In this document: positions 38,494 through 52,456 of the stretch, one piece after another
Numbering within the stretch: position 1 is the stretch's first letter
Layout of the letters: each line of letters begins with the position of its first letter
Assembly (NCBI GenBank): GCA_010093705.1
Contig: MU006099.1
Coordinates: 124,001 to 188,000, forward strand
Reading direction: 5' to 3'
DNA: 64,000 nucleotides
Source of the DNA: Patellaria atrata CBS 101060
Lineage: Eukaryota
Program-made: the position numbers and the translations under genes
Notes under the pieces: model-generated
What the model saw: the letters and a program-made list of their open reading frames with translations, nothing else
What the model was told of the DNA's origin: nothing
Databases searched by the model: none

Positions 38494-38730
38494 GTCTGCC
38501 TGCAAATGCGGCGAGAGAATAGATCTGGTTCAAAATAGAAGCTATCGAGAGCTTCGAGGTTGGGAGATGAAGCTTGGTCAGGTACTTTAGGTTGTCGAAG
38601 CAGTAAATAATATGAATGAAGAAGGAAACGGTGAAGCAATCCTGTAGTTCTAAGTTATTTTTCAGTTTGTTGTATACCTAAAAGGTACAGTAAAGTTGCG
38701 TAGGGCGACGGGAGTTACGTACTAACGTTC

Positions 38731-38760
38731 ATGTGGAGCGTGCACATGTGGCGCGTGCAC
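38731..38760. promoter_or_regulatory. Tandem 15-bp motif ATGTGG(A/C)GCGTGCAC x2 in the VPS27/DOA4 divergent intergenic region
   Basis: Direct repeat seen in sequence; contains palindromic GTGCAC and CACATGTG. Function is inferred only. Confidence 0.35.
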
Positions 38761-39166
38761 AGCTAGAGGGGAGGCAAAGAACATCCCACGCCACAATCAT
38801 CCAGAAATTCAATGTGTTTACCCAGCGACAATTGTTATTGAGGGGAAGAAACATTCCATATTGAAACCTGTTCATGCCCTTCTTCTACCCGTTAGTGACT
38901 CTGTTGTTCTGTTTCTAAACACTCCTCTCCTGCACGCGCAAATTCCTATTTTCGGACGCCACGACTGTCATCACGCTGCAATGTCTCGAAAGCAACTTGA
39001 GCGCCGGTGAGCAAAAGTGACAAACACCACCTTTTTGTATATCAATACCTTTCTAGCTCACCTCTTTACCCTCTATAACTACTCTAAGCTCCTCCCTCCG
39101 CTCACCCCAGAAATAGTATGCTACCTGACATCGTTCGTCTCATGTAACTCCATCGCTCGTTCTAGC

Positions 39167-42100
39167 ATGAGCGCAGCTCCTCCGCTTCCTCCTCCGCAAC
39201 CCTCCAACTTTGCGATGAACGGACATGGTCCCAATGGAACCTCTCACACTGAGCGCCCCGGTCCTATGCCGCGCGTATTCCCGCACATAAAAGACTTGCA
39301 GGCGAAAGCGCTGCAAAAAATCAATCCATATTCTTCCATAACTACCCTAATACAAGAGGCGGAGAACTGTACAAAACAGGCAGACACATTCGCCGATTTT
39401 CGCCGCCCCGATCTTGCATATGTTGAATATTTGGTTGCTTCGGAGATCGTGCTCAATGTTATACCTAGGCATAAAGATGCGCCCTCAGTGGCTGGGGATC
39501 GGGGTCGCCTTCATCGTCAAAACAAGGACCTCCAAAGAAGGATAGACGCCCAGCATGAGAGGTTCTCGAATATCAAAGAAATTATAATCAATCAGAACCG
39601 AAGAGATGGAGTACAACCGACAGTCTCTTCATCTCAGGCTGCAGAATATCGTCAAAGGCCCTCGACCCCCAATGCCCAACCGCCGCATACAGCAGTATCA
39701 TATGGTGACAATCCGCGATTGTCTATGCCAGATGGATTTCCCTCTCAGGTCTCCATCTCATCTCCCCCTCGCAGAACCCCTGCATATGTTTCAAAAGCCT
39801 CTGATGGTAGGACGTCCCCATTGATGCCATTAGGATCACCAAGGGTAAAGCCACAGATTAACCCAAAGCCAGAATCACTTCAAGATAGGCCATCTAGTAG
39901 CGGATCCTCACACCAGGATCCACTCAATGAACGATTTGCAAGACTAAGAATGAATGGCAATTCATCTTTGTCTGGATCGAGATCACACCATGATACGTAT
40001 GGCGCGAATCGTCAGGTAAAAATGCCATCACCTACTGACTACGGAGGAGACGTATCATTTCCCTTAGTACCTACCGATGCTCCTACCAACCGACCTTCTG
40101 GTCCTCGTACCATGCCTGATGCCCCGCTACTTCCGCCTAAACTTCCAATAGACACCAGTGTTGCGTTTTCTTTACCAAAACAACCTAGTCCTACTTATAG
40201 CCCTGCGAGAAACATGCAAACTCCAGCAAGTATAAATCCTCCACGGACATCTGCTCGGAGTATGAACGGTACTGGTGGCCGAAGCAATTCCATAGCTTCA
40301 GCGTCGTCAAGCATATCCTCTCGTCCACCAGGTGTCAACGGAGATACGGATTCCTACTTCCCAAACCCTGCAAATGGAGCACCTCGGCATGCCTCAACGC
40401 AAAGGAATACAATCAATATGCCAATAGAGTACTCTATAACTGCTGAAAAGCTCTATGACTACCTCAAGATGTACCACATCCTGCTTATTGACGTGAGAAA
40501 TCGCGAGGACTTCGACCAGGGTCACATATACGCACGGTCCATAATGTGCGTGGAGCCAACAGCTCTTCGGCCGAGCATGTCAGCTGAGGAGTTAGGAGAC
40601 TCGCTTGTTCTATCACCAGATGATGAGCAGACAATGTTTGATAGACGGGATGCGTTCGATCTAGTGATTTATTACGACGAGAGAACAACTACTACAGATT
40701 TCATTTCGAAGAATGGTCGAAATGAAGAAGAGATTGCCCTGAAATGCTTGTATGATGCTCTCTATGAGTTTAACCAAGACAAACCATTACAGAGAGCGCC
40801 AATATTTCTCCTTGGGGGGATCGGAGCATGGGCAGATTTACTCGGAAGAGCAGCACTTGCCACGTCTAATACCAGCACTATCGTTTCATCCCAAAAATCT
40901 GGAAAGAATTCTCGTCCAATTGGCAGAGTGCCAATGGCGGGAACCCGCTCCACGATATATGTCCCGAAACAGCGGCGCAGATCATATAATCCACTACATC
41001 CTGAGGAAGAACAGAAATGGATACAGCAAGCAAGAAAAGAAAGCTATGCTGTGGGCCAGAGGCCTGCCGCCATCGATGAGTATGAAGCTGAAGAGCAGGA
41101 AAGCGTCCCTATATATCGCACAACTGAAGACTTCCTCCGGCGGTTCCCCGAAGCACCGTCTCTCGAACAAGAATCCATGATTTCGCCTCCAACACGGTCA
41201 GCGCCTCCTGTTCCCCCTAACTATGCTCCTCCCTCTATTCCATCAGAACCTTCACGCCCTGCACCTGCGGTCGCGCGCGTTAATTATAGTGGTGTTCATG
41301 ACCGATCCGCATCTCAAACTGTAACCTTGGGTAGATCCACTAATCTACCTAACTATATCCCCCCGAGTCAAAGGCTACAAAATGTTCGCTTACCGTATAC
41401 TGGTCTGATTAACTTTGGCGTCACTTGCTACATGAATGCAACCATTCAATGTCTCAGCGGCACGATCCCCTTAACTTCGCTTTATCGTAATGGTACTTAC
41501 GAGAAGTATATACAAGAAGGCAATTGGAAAGGAACTAAGGGTGCAATGTCAAACTTTTATGCTGCCCTCATTCAAAATATTTGGAAAGGTGATGTTAAAC
41601 TATGTCGACCATCATCCTTACGTGTAAGTACCCTCCTCCATCAACCCCCCGCCCCCGAATTAACGGTCTACTAATACTGCACAATCAGAAATTTTGCGCT
41701 GTGAAGAAAGATCAGTGGGGTGAGGATCAGCAGCAAGACGCCAAAGAATTCCTAGAATTTCTTCTCGAGTTCCTTCATGAGGACCTCAACGTCAACTGGT
41801 CTCGTCCACCTACCAAGGTCCTTAGTGATGCAGAAGAGGCTCAACGGGAGATGTTTCCGAAACCTTATGCAGCTATCATAGAATGGAAGAGGTATACCAA
41901 TCGTGAATCATCACTTGTTCAGGACCTTTTTGCCGGTCAACACGCCAGTCAACTACGTTGTAAAACATGCGGCAAAACATCTACGACATATGAAACATTT
42001 TTTGACATCAGTGTTGAGATTCCCCGCCACGGTACTGCTTCTATTTACAACTGTCTAGACAGCTATTGCGCTGAAGAACGGCTCACGGAAGGTGATGAAT

Positions 42101-42603
42101 GGAGATGTCCACATTGCAAGAAAACCCGAGAAGCAACAAAGAAGATCACTATCACCCGCGCCCCTCGCTACCTTGTTGTTCACTTCAAACGTTTCTCTGC
42201 AGGATTTCAGGAACGCGCTTCAAAGGTCCGCAGTCTCATCGACTTTCCTCTGGACGGCCTGGATATGAGTAAATACATGCTCCCGCCGGTAACTGAGGCC
42301 GATAAAGCGTGGGTACAAAAAAGATTCAGTAGAGAACACTTAGAGTCGGAGATGAAGTTAGATCAAAGCATGACCGGTCCCTATATCTACAACGCTTATG
42401 CTGTGATGCGACACATAGGGAATAACATCTCCTCCGGTCACTACATATCCATGGTCAAGGATCCCGGTAGAGGGGTATGGAGGCAATACAATGATGATCG
42501 GGTGGACGATTTCGATCCAAAACAGTATAGGCTACAGACGCCAGAGGCTTATATCGTATTTTATGAGAGGGTGCCAAATCCTTCGTATGAAGGAAACGGA
42601 TGA
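39167..42603 (+). CDS. DOA4: Ubiquitin C-terminal hydrolase, Doa4/Ubp4/USP8 type (N-terminal helical domain, rhodanese, USP); exons 39167-41623, 41689-42603
   Basis: Rhodanese ILLIDVR..FDQGHI; Cys box GLINFGVTCYMNATIQCL; QQDAKEFL; His box HIG..SSGHY; YNDD. Confidence 0.92.
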
Positions 42604-42994
42604 GGTGGATTTCACCCCTTGTTTATGTCATCATGATATCTTTTTTGGGAACTCGTCTTCTCTGTAGTTGTGCTAGATATTTCTGTTGCATTCGCACGGC
42701 GTCCTGGCGCACATGAGTGCTCCTTTAGAAAGTAGGATTTGCAGGTGACAGGTCTTGGTTGAGAATATGTCGGTTGAGCGAGTATTATATCATTACCTAA
42801 ATGAATTCAAGCAGGCACACAGAATCCAATCCAATTTCATAACCAATTTCAAGATGATGAGGGTTGTGGTTCATTCCCAAAGGGGCATGGACAGAAGACG
42901 ACAGCCAAGGGCCTTAGCAGATCTGATCTGATAAAATTTGCATAACCTCATACAATTCTCCTTTAGACCTTCTAACTCCTTTACGTTAACCTAG

Positions 42995-45551
42995 ATGCTT
43001 TTTATCAAGACAGTTGTCTTCCTCCTATTCTATTTCTGCAATGATGTAGCTTCTATAACGCACAGAGATCTGGAAAAGTTCTGTGTTGGAAGGTTGCAAG
43101 TTATCGATTCAGGAGGTGGCATTCGGCGACCCCAATGCGACACTATCTCAGTTCGGGAGAGCATGCCAAAGTAGACTGAGCACTACATCTCTTTTTTGTT
43201 GCACTAAGTTGTACTGTTCCGAAAACAGTCGCAATGATGGGCTCAGTGAACACAATGTGACCTGTCAACGGTTTTTGTACACTTTACCATCATTCGATAT
43301 CGTCGACAATCTTACGGACAGTGATATAAGAGGCCTTCGAGAACTCAAAGTTAGTGAGGCAAAGAGTTCTGCTGTTGTGGTGAGGTGGTCTTCCCATCCG
43401 TGGAGCTATTCAATCTTTCGGTGGATACTATTTTACGGCCCGAATATTATTATCAAAAGTCGTTCCTATATACTAAGTTCCAAACTAGGATGTTTTCCAA
43501 TATGAGTACTCGATTGATGTCTTCTATGAGTATATACTGTCTCTGGAACAATTTCCTTTCTGTGTCGCTGATCCATATAACCAGCTATATAATGTACCAC
43601 TTTTGGGGAGCGGTAATCTGTTTTGGCATCTCTAGACGTCTTATTGTCATGGCTATGGACAAAATGCAAGACAAATCACCCGCAGATCTGAAAAACCATC
43701 ATCTTGCTATTCGGAACAGATTTCAATTTGGTATTGCTAAAACATTGAATCTTCTTCATCTAACATTGAAAAAATACGTAACGATTCTAGCGACCTTTGG
43801 ATACCGTTGCTCTCAGAACATCCAATGGCATACATTACCACCCAGGATACACAGCTTGACTCTCACAGTCTTCTTGATAACCAATGTCATTCTCTGTTCC
43901 TGTTCTTATACTGTCTTTGAAAATAACCGATAGTAGGTCTTCCGTTGCAATCCACCGTCTGAGATATACTGAAACAGCATTATCTATCCGAGTGTTCCCA
44001 AGCAGTATCTCCGTTATGTCTTTGACAGGGCTGGTATAATATCATCTGCAAATTTTCCGCTAATATAGCTATTTGAGATACGCAACAATCTGCTTTTGTG
44101 GTCAACTGGTTGGGATTTCGGGACGTACAACAACTTCCGCAGATGGATTGCTCGTGTATCCTCCTTGGAAGCAGTTGTGCATTCAATCGGCTATACAATC
44201 ATTGTGATAAGAGGTATGTGAATAAGCTCGGAAAATTTTCAGTCGCTGTGCTCACAAGTCACTAAGAGGGTGGTTGACAGTCTTTTGCCAACTTTTGGCA
44301 GCAAACGTTTTGGGTTACGGGTGAAATGTGAGAACAGATCCAAGAGTTCCCAATCATACACTATTAATCTAGATAAAGGCCATTATATTTATGGTTCTCA
44401 TCTCCGTTTGTTCGGTCTACGGTCTCCGTCGAAGCTTTTACGAAGTCTTCCTTATTTTACACAAATACATATCCTTGATAGTTCTAGTAATGCTGTAATA
44501 GTAAGTATATCTTCCACTTATACAAGTTAATATAGTTCCTGATTTTCAAAAGTCACGTGGAGATATTCAACGGAGCATACAACGGCTTCGTCTGGAGTTA
44601 TGTTGTCGTCTGGCTACTAGATCGCACCATCTGGGTGATTCGAATCATCTATTTGTAACCTTACTCCGCAAAATCTTAAGCAACAGTATCCTACAGTACT
44701 GAATCAAACATTATTCGTGTCGTAATTCCGCAGTCAGGATTCGCTCCAAATCCTTCCCCGGGAACTTATTACTATCTCTATGCGCTGAACAATCTTTGCG
44801 TACGGTAGAACCATCCTTTTACCCTCGCATATTATACAACATGTAACGGAGATCCGACAGAGTTATCTGATGCACAACTATCCTCTCCAATTCGTGTAAT
44901 GAGGGGCTCGGGAAGAACGTCACCTGAGGAAGAAAAAGTTCTACTTTCGTCGTCCTCAAATTCTGCACAACCTTTACTCGTCTTCTTAATCCGACCATAC
45001 AATGGGTCCACCTCTAGGTTGTGACATTTCTCCCCAGCTGGTCTCGCCTCATTTCGAGTTTTCGCAGAGAGGCCATATGGGCATACTTGGCCGTTACACA
45101 AATACGGAGCTTACTCTTTATAGTAGGAGGTTCAGGAATTGCGATGCCATTATCATTCTTCAAAAATTTGATCGAAGATACGTCTTTGACATGCTCTGTG
45201 CATATCGTATGGGCTGTGCGAGAAGTCGCCTTCTTGAACGACTTTTTGATCTTAGACTCGCAGAACTTTTTCCGAGACGAGCGAATGTGCCTGTCTGCTT
45301 ATATCACGCAAGGCAATGCAACAGAAATTCTGGATCGCCCTGAATGGCCCAAGAACGTTATTATGCGCAGCGGTAGACCTAATGTCAGAGCTGAGGTTGA
45401 AAGATCACCGCAATGGTCGACTCCTGGCACTTTGGCTGTTATTGTGTGTGGCCCTGCACAGATGGCGGATGATGCTAGGAAAGCGGTCGTAGATAACCTC
45501 AGCTTATACTAATGTAAGGTGGATTATTACGAGGAGAGATTCAACTGGTAG
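42995..45551 (+). pseudogene. Ferric/cupric reductase (FRE family) pseudogene
   Basis: Ordered motif remnants FRRWIARV, HPFTL, RPYNG, ERPYG, LFIVGGSGI, VCGPAQMADDAR and YYEERFNW*, split by multiple stops and frameshifts. Confidence 0.85.
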
Positions 45552-46509
45552 TCTCAGGTAAGAGATTCTTCGATATCATGGTCTCCCTGCTTTTTTTTAT
45601 CTAGTCTAATGAGGGATATTTCGTCTAATGGCCCTTTTTCCAACAGTAATTAAAAAACGTAGCACTTGGACACTCTTGCCATACAACTAGAGATGGCGTG
45701 CAAGGGTTTATCTGACAAAGCGCTTCACTCCTATCCAACATCTCACACCCTTTCATACCATACCTCAGTGTCAATAGAGCAATACATTCATAATGATGTC
45801 GCACTTTGTGCTCTCTATTCCGCATAATTTTGCCAATGCAAACAGTAAAACTAAGCCTCCATCAATGAGAACAAACAGTACTCCTTCCGATGCATTTCTG
45901 TCCGAACCGAACTCTTCTAAGCCACGATGCCACTAGCACCGCATGTCCAACAAAATCCTCCATGGAAATGACAGACCCGGAGCAAGCCTATTGAGAGCAT
46001 TTATTCACTAAAGCTTCTCCGCCTCCTACATGACTATATTGCGACGGAATCGAGCCTCTTATCCCTAAAAATATACCAAGTCGATCTAAGCTGAATACTA
46101 CCCGGGAACAGAACAACTCCTGAATGATACATAAGGCCCCAACCCTCACCCCTGCCCCGACCCCTATCCCGACCCCTCAATTACCCCCCTCGTTCTCAAA
46201 ACTGTATATCGCTTCTACAACGACCGGCGCGTCCCGCGGCCCTCTCGAAGCCGCCGAGGCCAATTCCGTGCCCGACGGCGACTTAGTGCCTTCGGGTTAG
46301 TCTGCCCCGGAAACAGAGAGTGAAACGCAGTGCAGGCCCGAGTACTGTGGCCCATAGACGGTACGTTAAGCGTGGCGCAGACATCTGTGGAGGTGGCGTT
46401 CATTGAGTTTTTTGATGGTGAGGAGGATGGGAGGACGAGGAGGGGTGCCGTGTAGTTTGTTTGAGGATCCGGGGGATGTGGATGGGGATTTTTCTTGGGG
46501 GAAGGGGGG

Positions 46510-47420
46510 GGGTTATTTATTATCAGCGGTTAGAGTGTCTTAGAAGTAACATAGATGAAGATTATTTACTAGACGCAAGGTTAATTAAACATATAAAATA
46601 GAATTTATTTATTTATTTAGTCCCGAAATACCTAGAGTATATATAGTATTAAGAAGAACCTAAGTACTATATTAGGGGCAAAATATGCTTGGTCCCGTGT
46701 CCCGCCGCTCCCATTATCGGTTTAACGAAATATAGTTAATTAAGATCAGATAATAAACCTTTCACCCATTATACTTACCGCGTACTGTCAAATTGACAAT
46801 TACAGAATTCACACTGATAGGGCATAGGTCCGCGTATTGTAGATACCCTCCGCTTCAACCGTGGATCCGGGGATATTCCTAAGAATAGTCAGTTCTATAC
46901 CATTGCATGAGAGGATTGGTTCCATGCGGTAGAATAAGCGGAAAAGGAACTAGATATGCGAACTATATAGAGAAACAATATCTATGCGGCTAGTCCGTCG
47001 TACTATAACCGGATTAAAGAAGAGTAACTGCTCGGCTTATTATAAATATAATATATGACTCCCTTTAAGCGAGATTTTTCCGCGATAGATAGTTTTAAAA
47101 TCATAGAAGTTAAAGTATCTAAAAATATTTATAAAATTAAAGAATATTCTTTCTTAAAATTGTACTTAATGGATAAAACAATTCGAGAGAAGGTAATAGG
47201 TAAACGTTATAACCCAAGGCCTCAGACGGTTTCTTACCAGAAGTTCAATGAACGAAAAGAAAACTTATGACTACTTCAGATTCTTAAGATAACAATTCGA
47301 ATATTCAGATAATATATAACCCCTTCGAGGAATGCGTTCCAAGTTATACGCTTCGAAATGCTTCTTATCTTAACTATATATAGAGCGTTGTAACCAAGTA
47401 CCGATATAGTCTCACCATCG
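46510..47420. repeat. AT-rich, TpA-rich segment; probable RIP-degraded repeat/transposon relic
   Basis: Abrupt compositional shift with abundant TA, TAA and TAG; no termini or transposase motif recognised. Confidence 0.4.
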
Positions 47421-48233
47421 AATCTCTTTTTACCACATAAAACCGATGTCAGGAAGAGGGAGGAAGAAGATCATGATGGTAACGAGGAGGTCAAGGTGAC
47501 ACGATAGTCGTGCTATCAAAGTGTGGCCAGTGCACAACCCCTAGAACTATGTAGTCATACCGACGATTTCCGCTACCAAGCTAGATATGACAGTGTCGCT
47601 GACCATAACTCTATCTTCATCCCACTACCACCAACTAGTACCCATCGCACATACAGAACATGCAGTGATATCCATCGTCTTTACCGACATGTGAAGCCGT
47701 CCTCATGATCCTCGTATCCATGACAACTCGGTCTCGTCCTCGTACCACCTACTTTCACCTGAGTCCGAAAACGTCGGGCTGCATTGAAATATCGACGATA
47801 TGTAAGTGCTAGGAAAACATGCAATGGAGTATTATCAACAGCCGTGATTAGGCCGATATCCTGTAGAACTCTTAAGGGTAAGGTGCAGGTATGAGTGATG
47901 AACCATGCACAAGGATCCGCCCCGTGGCAGCTCGAGACTGGATCGAAGCGCGGTACAGATGGAACATCAACGATGCACGCAGGTGTCTTGTCGTCCTTCT
48001 GGACCGAATCTGGAAGAGGTGGTATTATCGTTTACGGACTGCGCATTCCTGTACTGTACTGTACTGTGCTGTACAGCCCATCACCGTAAAACCCCCTCAG
48101 TTCCTCTCCCAAGCCTCCCATCAAGTCGACCAAAGTAAAAAGAAGACTAAAAGAAAAAAATGCAGCAGCAGAAGTGCCCAACCACCCTTCTCCCACCTTC
48201 ACTTCAGCGCCCAAAAGAAGAACAACCCCTCAC

Positions 48234-48794
48234 CTACGCCCTATTCGCCATCAGCTGCTCATAACTACAACTAAGCACCTCGACCGTATTTCCCCACGGA
48301 TCCCTCAAATAAGCCGCTTGTTCCCCGTCCCCGACCTCAATGACCTCCCCGATCCTCCTCGCGCCCATGCCCTCACACCGTCTCACCATACCCTCGACAT
48401 CCGGCACCGTAACGCCGACATGGTAGAAACCGCCCCTCTCAAACTCAAACTCCCGCTCAGGGGCCTTGAACCCGGGGTCGACGAACTGGAAAATCTCGAG
48501 CCCGACGCTGTTTCCCGTGCTCAACCACGCGACTTTGACCTCGCGGAGGCGGTCGCCGTAGATTTTGAAGATGGGGGCGGAGGGGGAGGTGGATCGGATG
48601 GTGTGCCGGTCGGAGCGGATGCGGCGGAAGCCGAAGAGGGTCGTGTACCAGGTGCAGGCGGCTTCGAGGTCGGGGACTGAGAGGGCGATGTGGTTGAGGA
48701 CGTAGTTTTGGTTTTGGTGGGGGTGCTTGGTGTTTTGTTTAGTGTGGGTTTGAGTTGATGTGTGACGGGGGGAAGGGGGCCTTACTGGGACCAT
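48234..48794 (-). CDS. Glyoxalase/bleomycin resistance/VOC family protein
   Basis: LNHIALSVPDLEAA..WY..LFGF; GLEIFQF; GFYHVGVTVPD; YLRDPWGN.VE. Confidence 0.92.
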   Translation of the reverse strand: MVPVRPPSPRHTSTQTHTKQNTKHPHQNQNYVLNHIALSVPDLEAACTWYTTLFGFRRIRSDRHTIRSTSPSAPIFKIYGDRLREVKVAWLSTGNSVGLEIFQFVDPGFKAPEREFEFERGGFYHVGVTVPDVEGMVRRCEGMGARRIGEVIEVGDGEQAAYLRDPWGNTVEVLSCSYEQLMANRA

Positions 48795-50994
48795 TTTGGG
48801 TGCTGGGGTTTTGGGCGTTTGGGGGGCCCTTGTGGTATGTGGTAATCGATGTCTGTATTATTTCTTTGAGTGAGTTTTATAGGTATGTCAAGTGGTTGGA
48901 TTCATCGTGGAGGTCTACCGAGCTCGTTGCTCGGGACGATCTCCGTGGATACCCGGTGAGAGCGGGACGGAGAGGTCGGGAATGGGTATGCGTTTGAGGA
49001 CATTGGAGTTCAACGAACGGGCTTATTTTACTCTATAGTACGACCGTACTTTAAAGCTAGTTTTGGGGTTGGAAAACTGGGAGGTGGTGGGGAGCTGGGA
49101 CGTTCAGGAACCCGATATCCGTTTGATATGGAGTAAGTTCTACTGATTGGTTAACTCCCGATTAGCGTGCGGGGATTTGGCGCATTTTGAAAATGAAAGC
49201 ATATCTGGGGAAGTTAGAGCCATGACAACTGAGGAGTAACGTACTGTAGTTGACCACAATACGAGACTCTGTCTGGAAACGACTCTGCTTGTGCTGTATA
49301 TCTGATTGGGTATAAATTTTGCTCTACCAAATCTACTGTAGTTGAAAACCAAGGATATCATCAAGCCGTACAAGTATCCAAACCAAGATTAGCTTCCCGG
49401 TCATCTGTCGTTACAGCACATTATCCTACCTGTCGAACAAACGAACAGCCTGTTTGAACATATGGTAGCAGGGAGTGATAGATTAAGGGTCCAATTGAGA
49501 TACAATCCACAAGAAGCGTCTCACGCATCTGTTCTAGACCAACGGATCCGGTCCTATCTTTAATTGTGGTATCTAGCTCAACCGTCTGTATTCTGTAACG
49601 CAAAGGGCATACTACTGAAGTGAACTTTAGAAAGCATGAATATGAATTGTAGGTAACTACACCTCATGGTTCCCGCGGCATGAGGTCGGGTTGCCTGATT
49701 ACATCAGCTATCCTCCGTATTTAGTTCCCGTCCCGGCGATCCGAGTGCCGAGGGGCTGGGAAGAGATCCGAGGAGAGGAAACCTGTAAAAGCACAACCTC
49801 TCCTGTGGGGTATGTATGGTACATCTTTACAAAAGGGGGTGGCAATCCAAAATGTTGAAGAGGAACCAAGGATTTCCAAGGAAGTGTTTCGTGAGGGGAA
49901 TATCATCGATCCATCGTCTCAGGTATGGCTTTTTTTTCTTTTTTAAAAAAAAAAAATGGTATCGAAATCAAGTTTGCCAGGCATTGCAGGCAAGCTGCTC
50001 GATCGTCGATCTGAATTCCAACTTGAGTCGTAAAAAGGCTAGTTCATCGTCAGCACTACCGGTCGGTACCAAAGTATTTCCGCCTTACTACTGTACTGTA
50101 CATCATAGCTTATTTCAAGATTATGGAGGATAAAGACTCATACTGTACTGGACACTGGGGCAAGTTGAAGTCCGTTATCTTCCTAAAGTAATATTGAAAA
50201 GGTCCGTATAGCTTCTTCAGAGTGCTAAAATGCCCGTATATGCAGGTGGGAGCTCTAGAATCACGGCATCAGAAAAAAGGATGTTGGGCAGCACTGTAGG
50301 AAACCCCATCGAGAAGGCACCGCAGCGCAACGTTACTCTTAGAGAACCATTTGCTCCCCCAACTTTCAGTAAGGTACAAGTACCCCTTCAGAATTGGACG
50401 TCTACATTTATTGGCAGGTGGCGACTGGCGAAACGGTGTTATCTCCACCCAGTCAGGCCAGTAGGCTGAGTTCCAGGTATCCTCGTCATCATGAGAGAGA
50501 CACGTGTAAAGTGCAAGTTGGAGGGGAAAAGGTGTACATGCTGGATTCCTTCCTGGCAGGATGGGAATTTGTAGGAGTCTTCGCCCACATTCCCCTCAAA
50601 AATGCCTCAATAGTCAACACAACCCCCTAACCTACCCCTCAACTTCAAACTTAAGCCAATAGGATTTGAAGAACGGAGGCGACTCAGTTCTGATGCATCC
50701 AGGCTAAAAGCGTACAGATGACCGTTTTGGGGTAAGCACGATGGCTTTCGATGTTGCAGGTTTGCCAAGTGTACGTCACCATGAAACGGCCTCGTAGTCA
50801 TAGCTGAAGCTCTTCTTAGCTCGCTTTCATTAATTGGGTAGGGATCTTCAATTTTGTCTAATTTTCCTGAATTGGTAGTCCATACAAATAAATACCCTCC
50901 CTTCCCCTTCCCTCCAGCTTTTTCAGCCTCTTTCTCTTCAGCACAGCTCACATTGCTCCAGCATCAAACCTCACCTTCAATCAATCCATCTCGA

Positions 50995-51046
50995 TCAAAC
51001 CTTACATATCCCTCTCTCTCAAACCTTACATATCCCTCTCTCTCAA
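50995..51046. repeat. 24-bp perfect tandem duplication
   Basis: TCAAACCTTACATATCCCTCTCTC x2. Confidence 0.9.
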
Positions 51047-51162
51047 GTAACCCCCCCCATCTCTCTCTCTCTCACACTCAACCAAACATCCTCTTCCTCC
51101 TCAGACCTTCAAACAAGCGAAACATCCACTACCATCACCTCTCAACCGATACCACATCACCT

Positions 51163-51262
51163 NNNNNNNNNNNNNNNNNNNNNNNNNNNNNNNNNNNNNN
51201 NNNNNNNNNNNNNNNNNNNNNNNNNNNNNNNNNNNNNNNNNNNNNNNNNNNNNNNNNNNNNN
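51163..51262. other. Assembly gap (100 N)
   Basis: Run of N. Confidence 1.
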
Positions 51263-51270
51263 CTAAAACC

Positions 51271-51618
51271 ATGCCTCTCATCCTCCGCTCCGTCCGGAAT
51301 TCCCGCCTCATCTTCCCCGCTATCCCGGCGACCGCCTCCTCCCTCCCCGCCACGATGCCCACCCGCTCCCTAACCTCAACCCCCCTCCTCGGGCTCAAAG
51401 AAGACGCCGAGCGCACCTCAGAACACCTCGAATCGAAGAAGCAGGAACAACTTCAAAAGCAGCAGGAGGGACGGGGGGAATGGCACGAGAGCCTGGCCAG
51501 CTCGGGCGAGAGCTCGGTCAAGGCGGACAGGGACGACGTGGACAACCACGAAGAGCACATGGAGGAGTTGCAGAAGGCGGGAAAGAAGGCGGGGGAGAGT
51601 GGGGACGCGTCGCTATAG
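51271..51618 (+). CDS. Small fungal protein with mitochondrial presequence-like N-terminus (115 aa)
   Basis: AAAACCATG context; R/S/L-rich acid-free N-terminus; KQEQL.KQ.EG.GEWHESLAS.GESSVKADR motif recalled from small conserved ascomycete proteins. Confidence 0.8.
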   Translation: MPLILRSVRNSRLIFPAIPATASSLPATMPTRSLTSTPLLGLKEDAERTSEHLESKKQEQLQKQQEGRGEWHESLASSGESSVKADRDDVDNHEEHMEELQKAGKKAGESGDASL

Positions 51619-52456
51619 AGAGAACACCGAGGTAGTTAAGGTACTGCGGCCGCATCATTGATCGAGGATTGAGATTGGCTCATTTTATTTCTCCCTAGGA
51701 GTTTTGGGGATGCGGGTGTTTTGGGTGTTTTGGGTGTTTACCCTGCTCTCTGTCTGGTGAGAGTTACTTTTATCTTTGTAGAACCAGATTTGGTTTTCTT
51801 TCTTTTCTTCTTCGTGTGCATTATTTAGGGACACGAGGAGAGGATGCTTCACTGCGTCCATGATCAATGATCAATGATCAATGATCTGATTAATTTCAGC
51901 CGGAAACGGCAACGTTTGAACATCTATCGCAGTTTCGCAATAGGGGCCTTTGACTTTTTCTGACTTTAGGTGGAAGACGCATTTCTCGTGTTCTCGATGC
52001 GGGGTTTGACGGAATGCATTCCATCGGTCGATCCCGGATCGAAAAATACAAAGCGCAGACGGGGATGCCTCGAGCTGACGACTGCACATATACATACCTT
52101 AGGGTTTCTTACAGCTTGAAAGGCAAAATGCCGAATAGACGCAAGGAATACTCATGATCGCATCTACTCTCAAGATCGGAAACTCGAGGAATACGATTGT
52201 TGACGCAGCAAATATAGGGAATAGCAGACGGGGGAGTGGAGTAGTTGGACAAAGGGGGCGGTGCTCTCTCTAGTTTGTAGGCAAGTTTACGAGTGAAAGA
52301 AGGAGCGAATCACTGCTTTCGGTCAGGGAAGATAGTTGGGGCTGAGGTGGAGAATATTACCTGCACTTACCTTAGCTTTCCGGTATCAGTACATGTATAA
52401 GTATAGGGTACCTGGTAAGTATGATCGACAGGGTCCTGGAGGAAAGCTGATAAGGA

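Noticed and set aside
50854..51270. N-terminal extension of the 254-aa ORF through the N gap
   Set aside because: Artefact of the 100-N gap and a pyrimidine-rich leader; the plausible start is ATG 51271.
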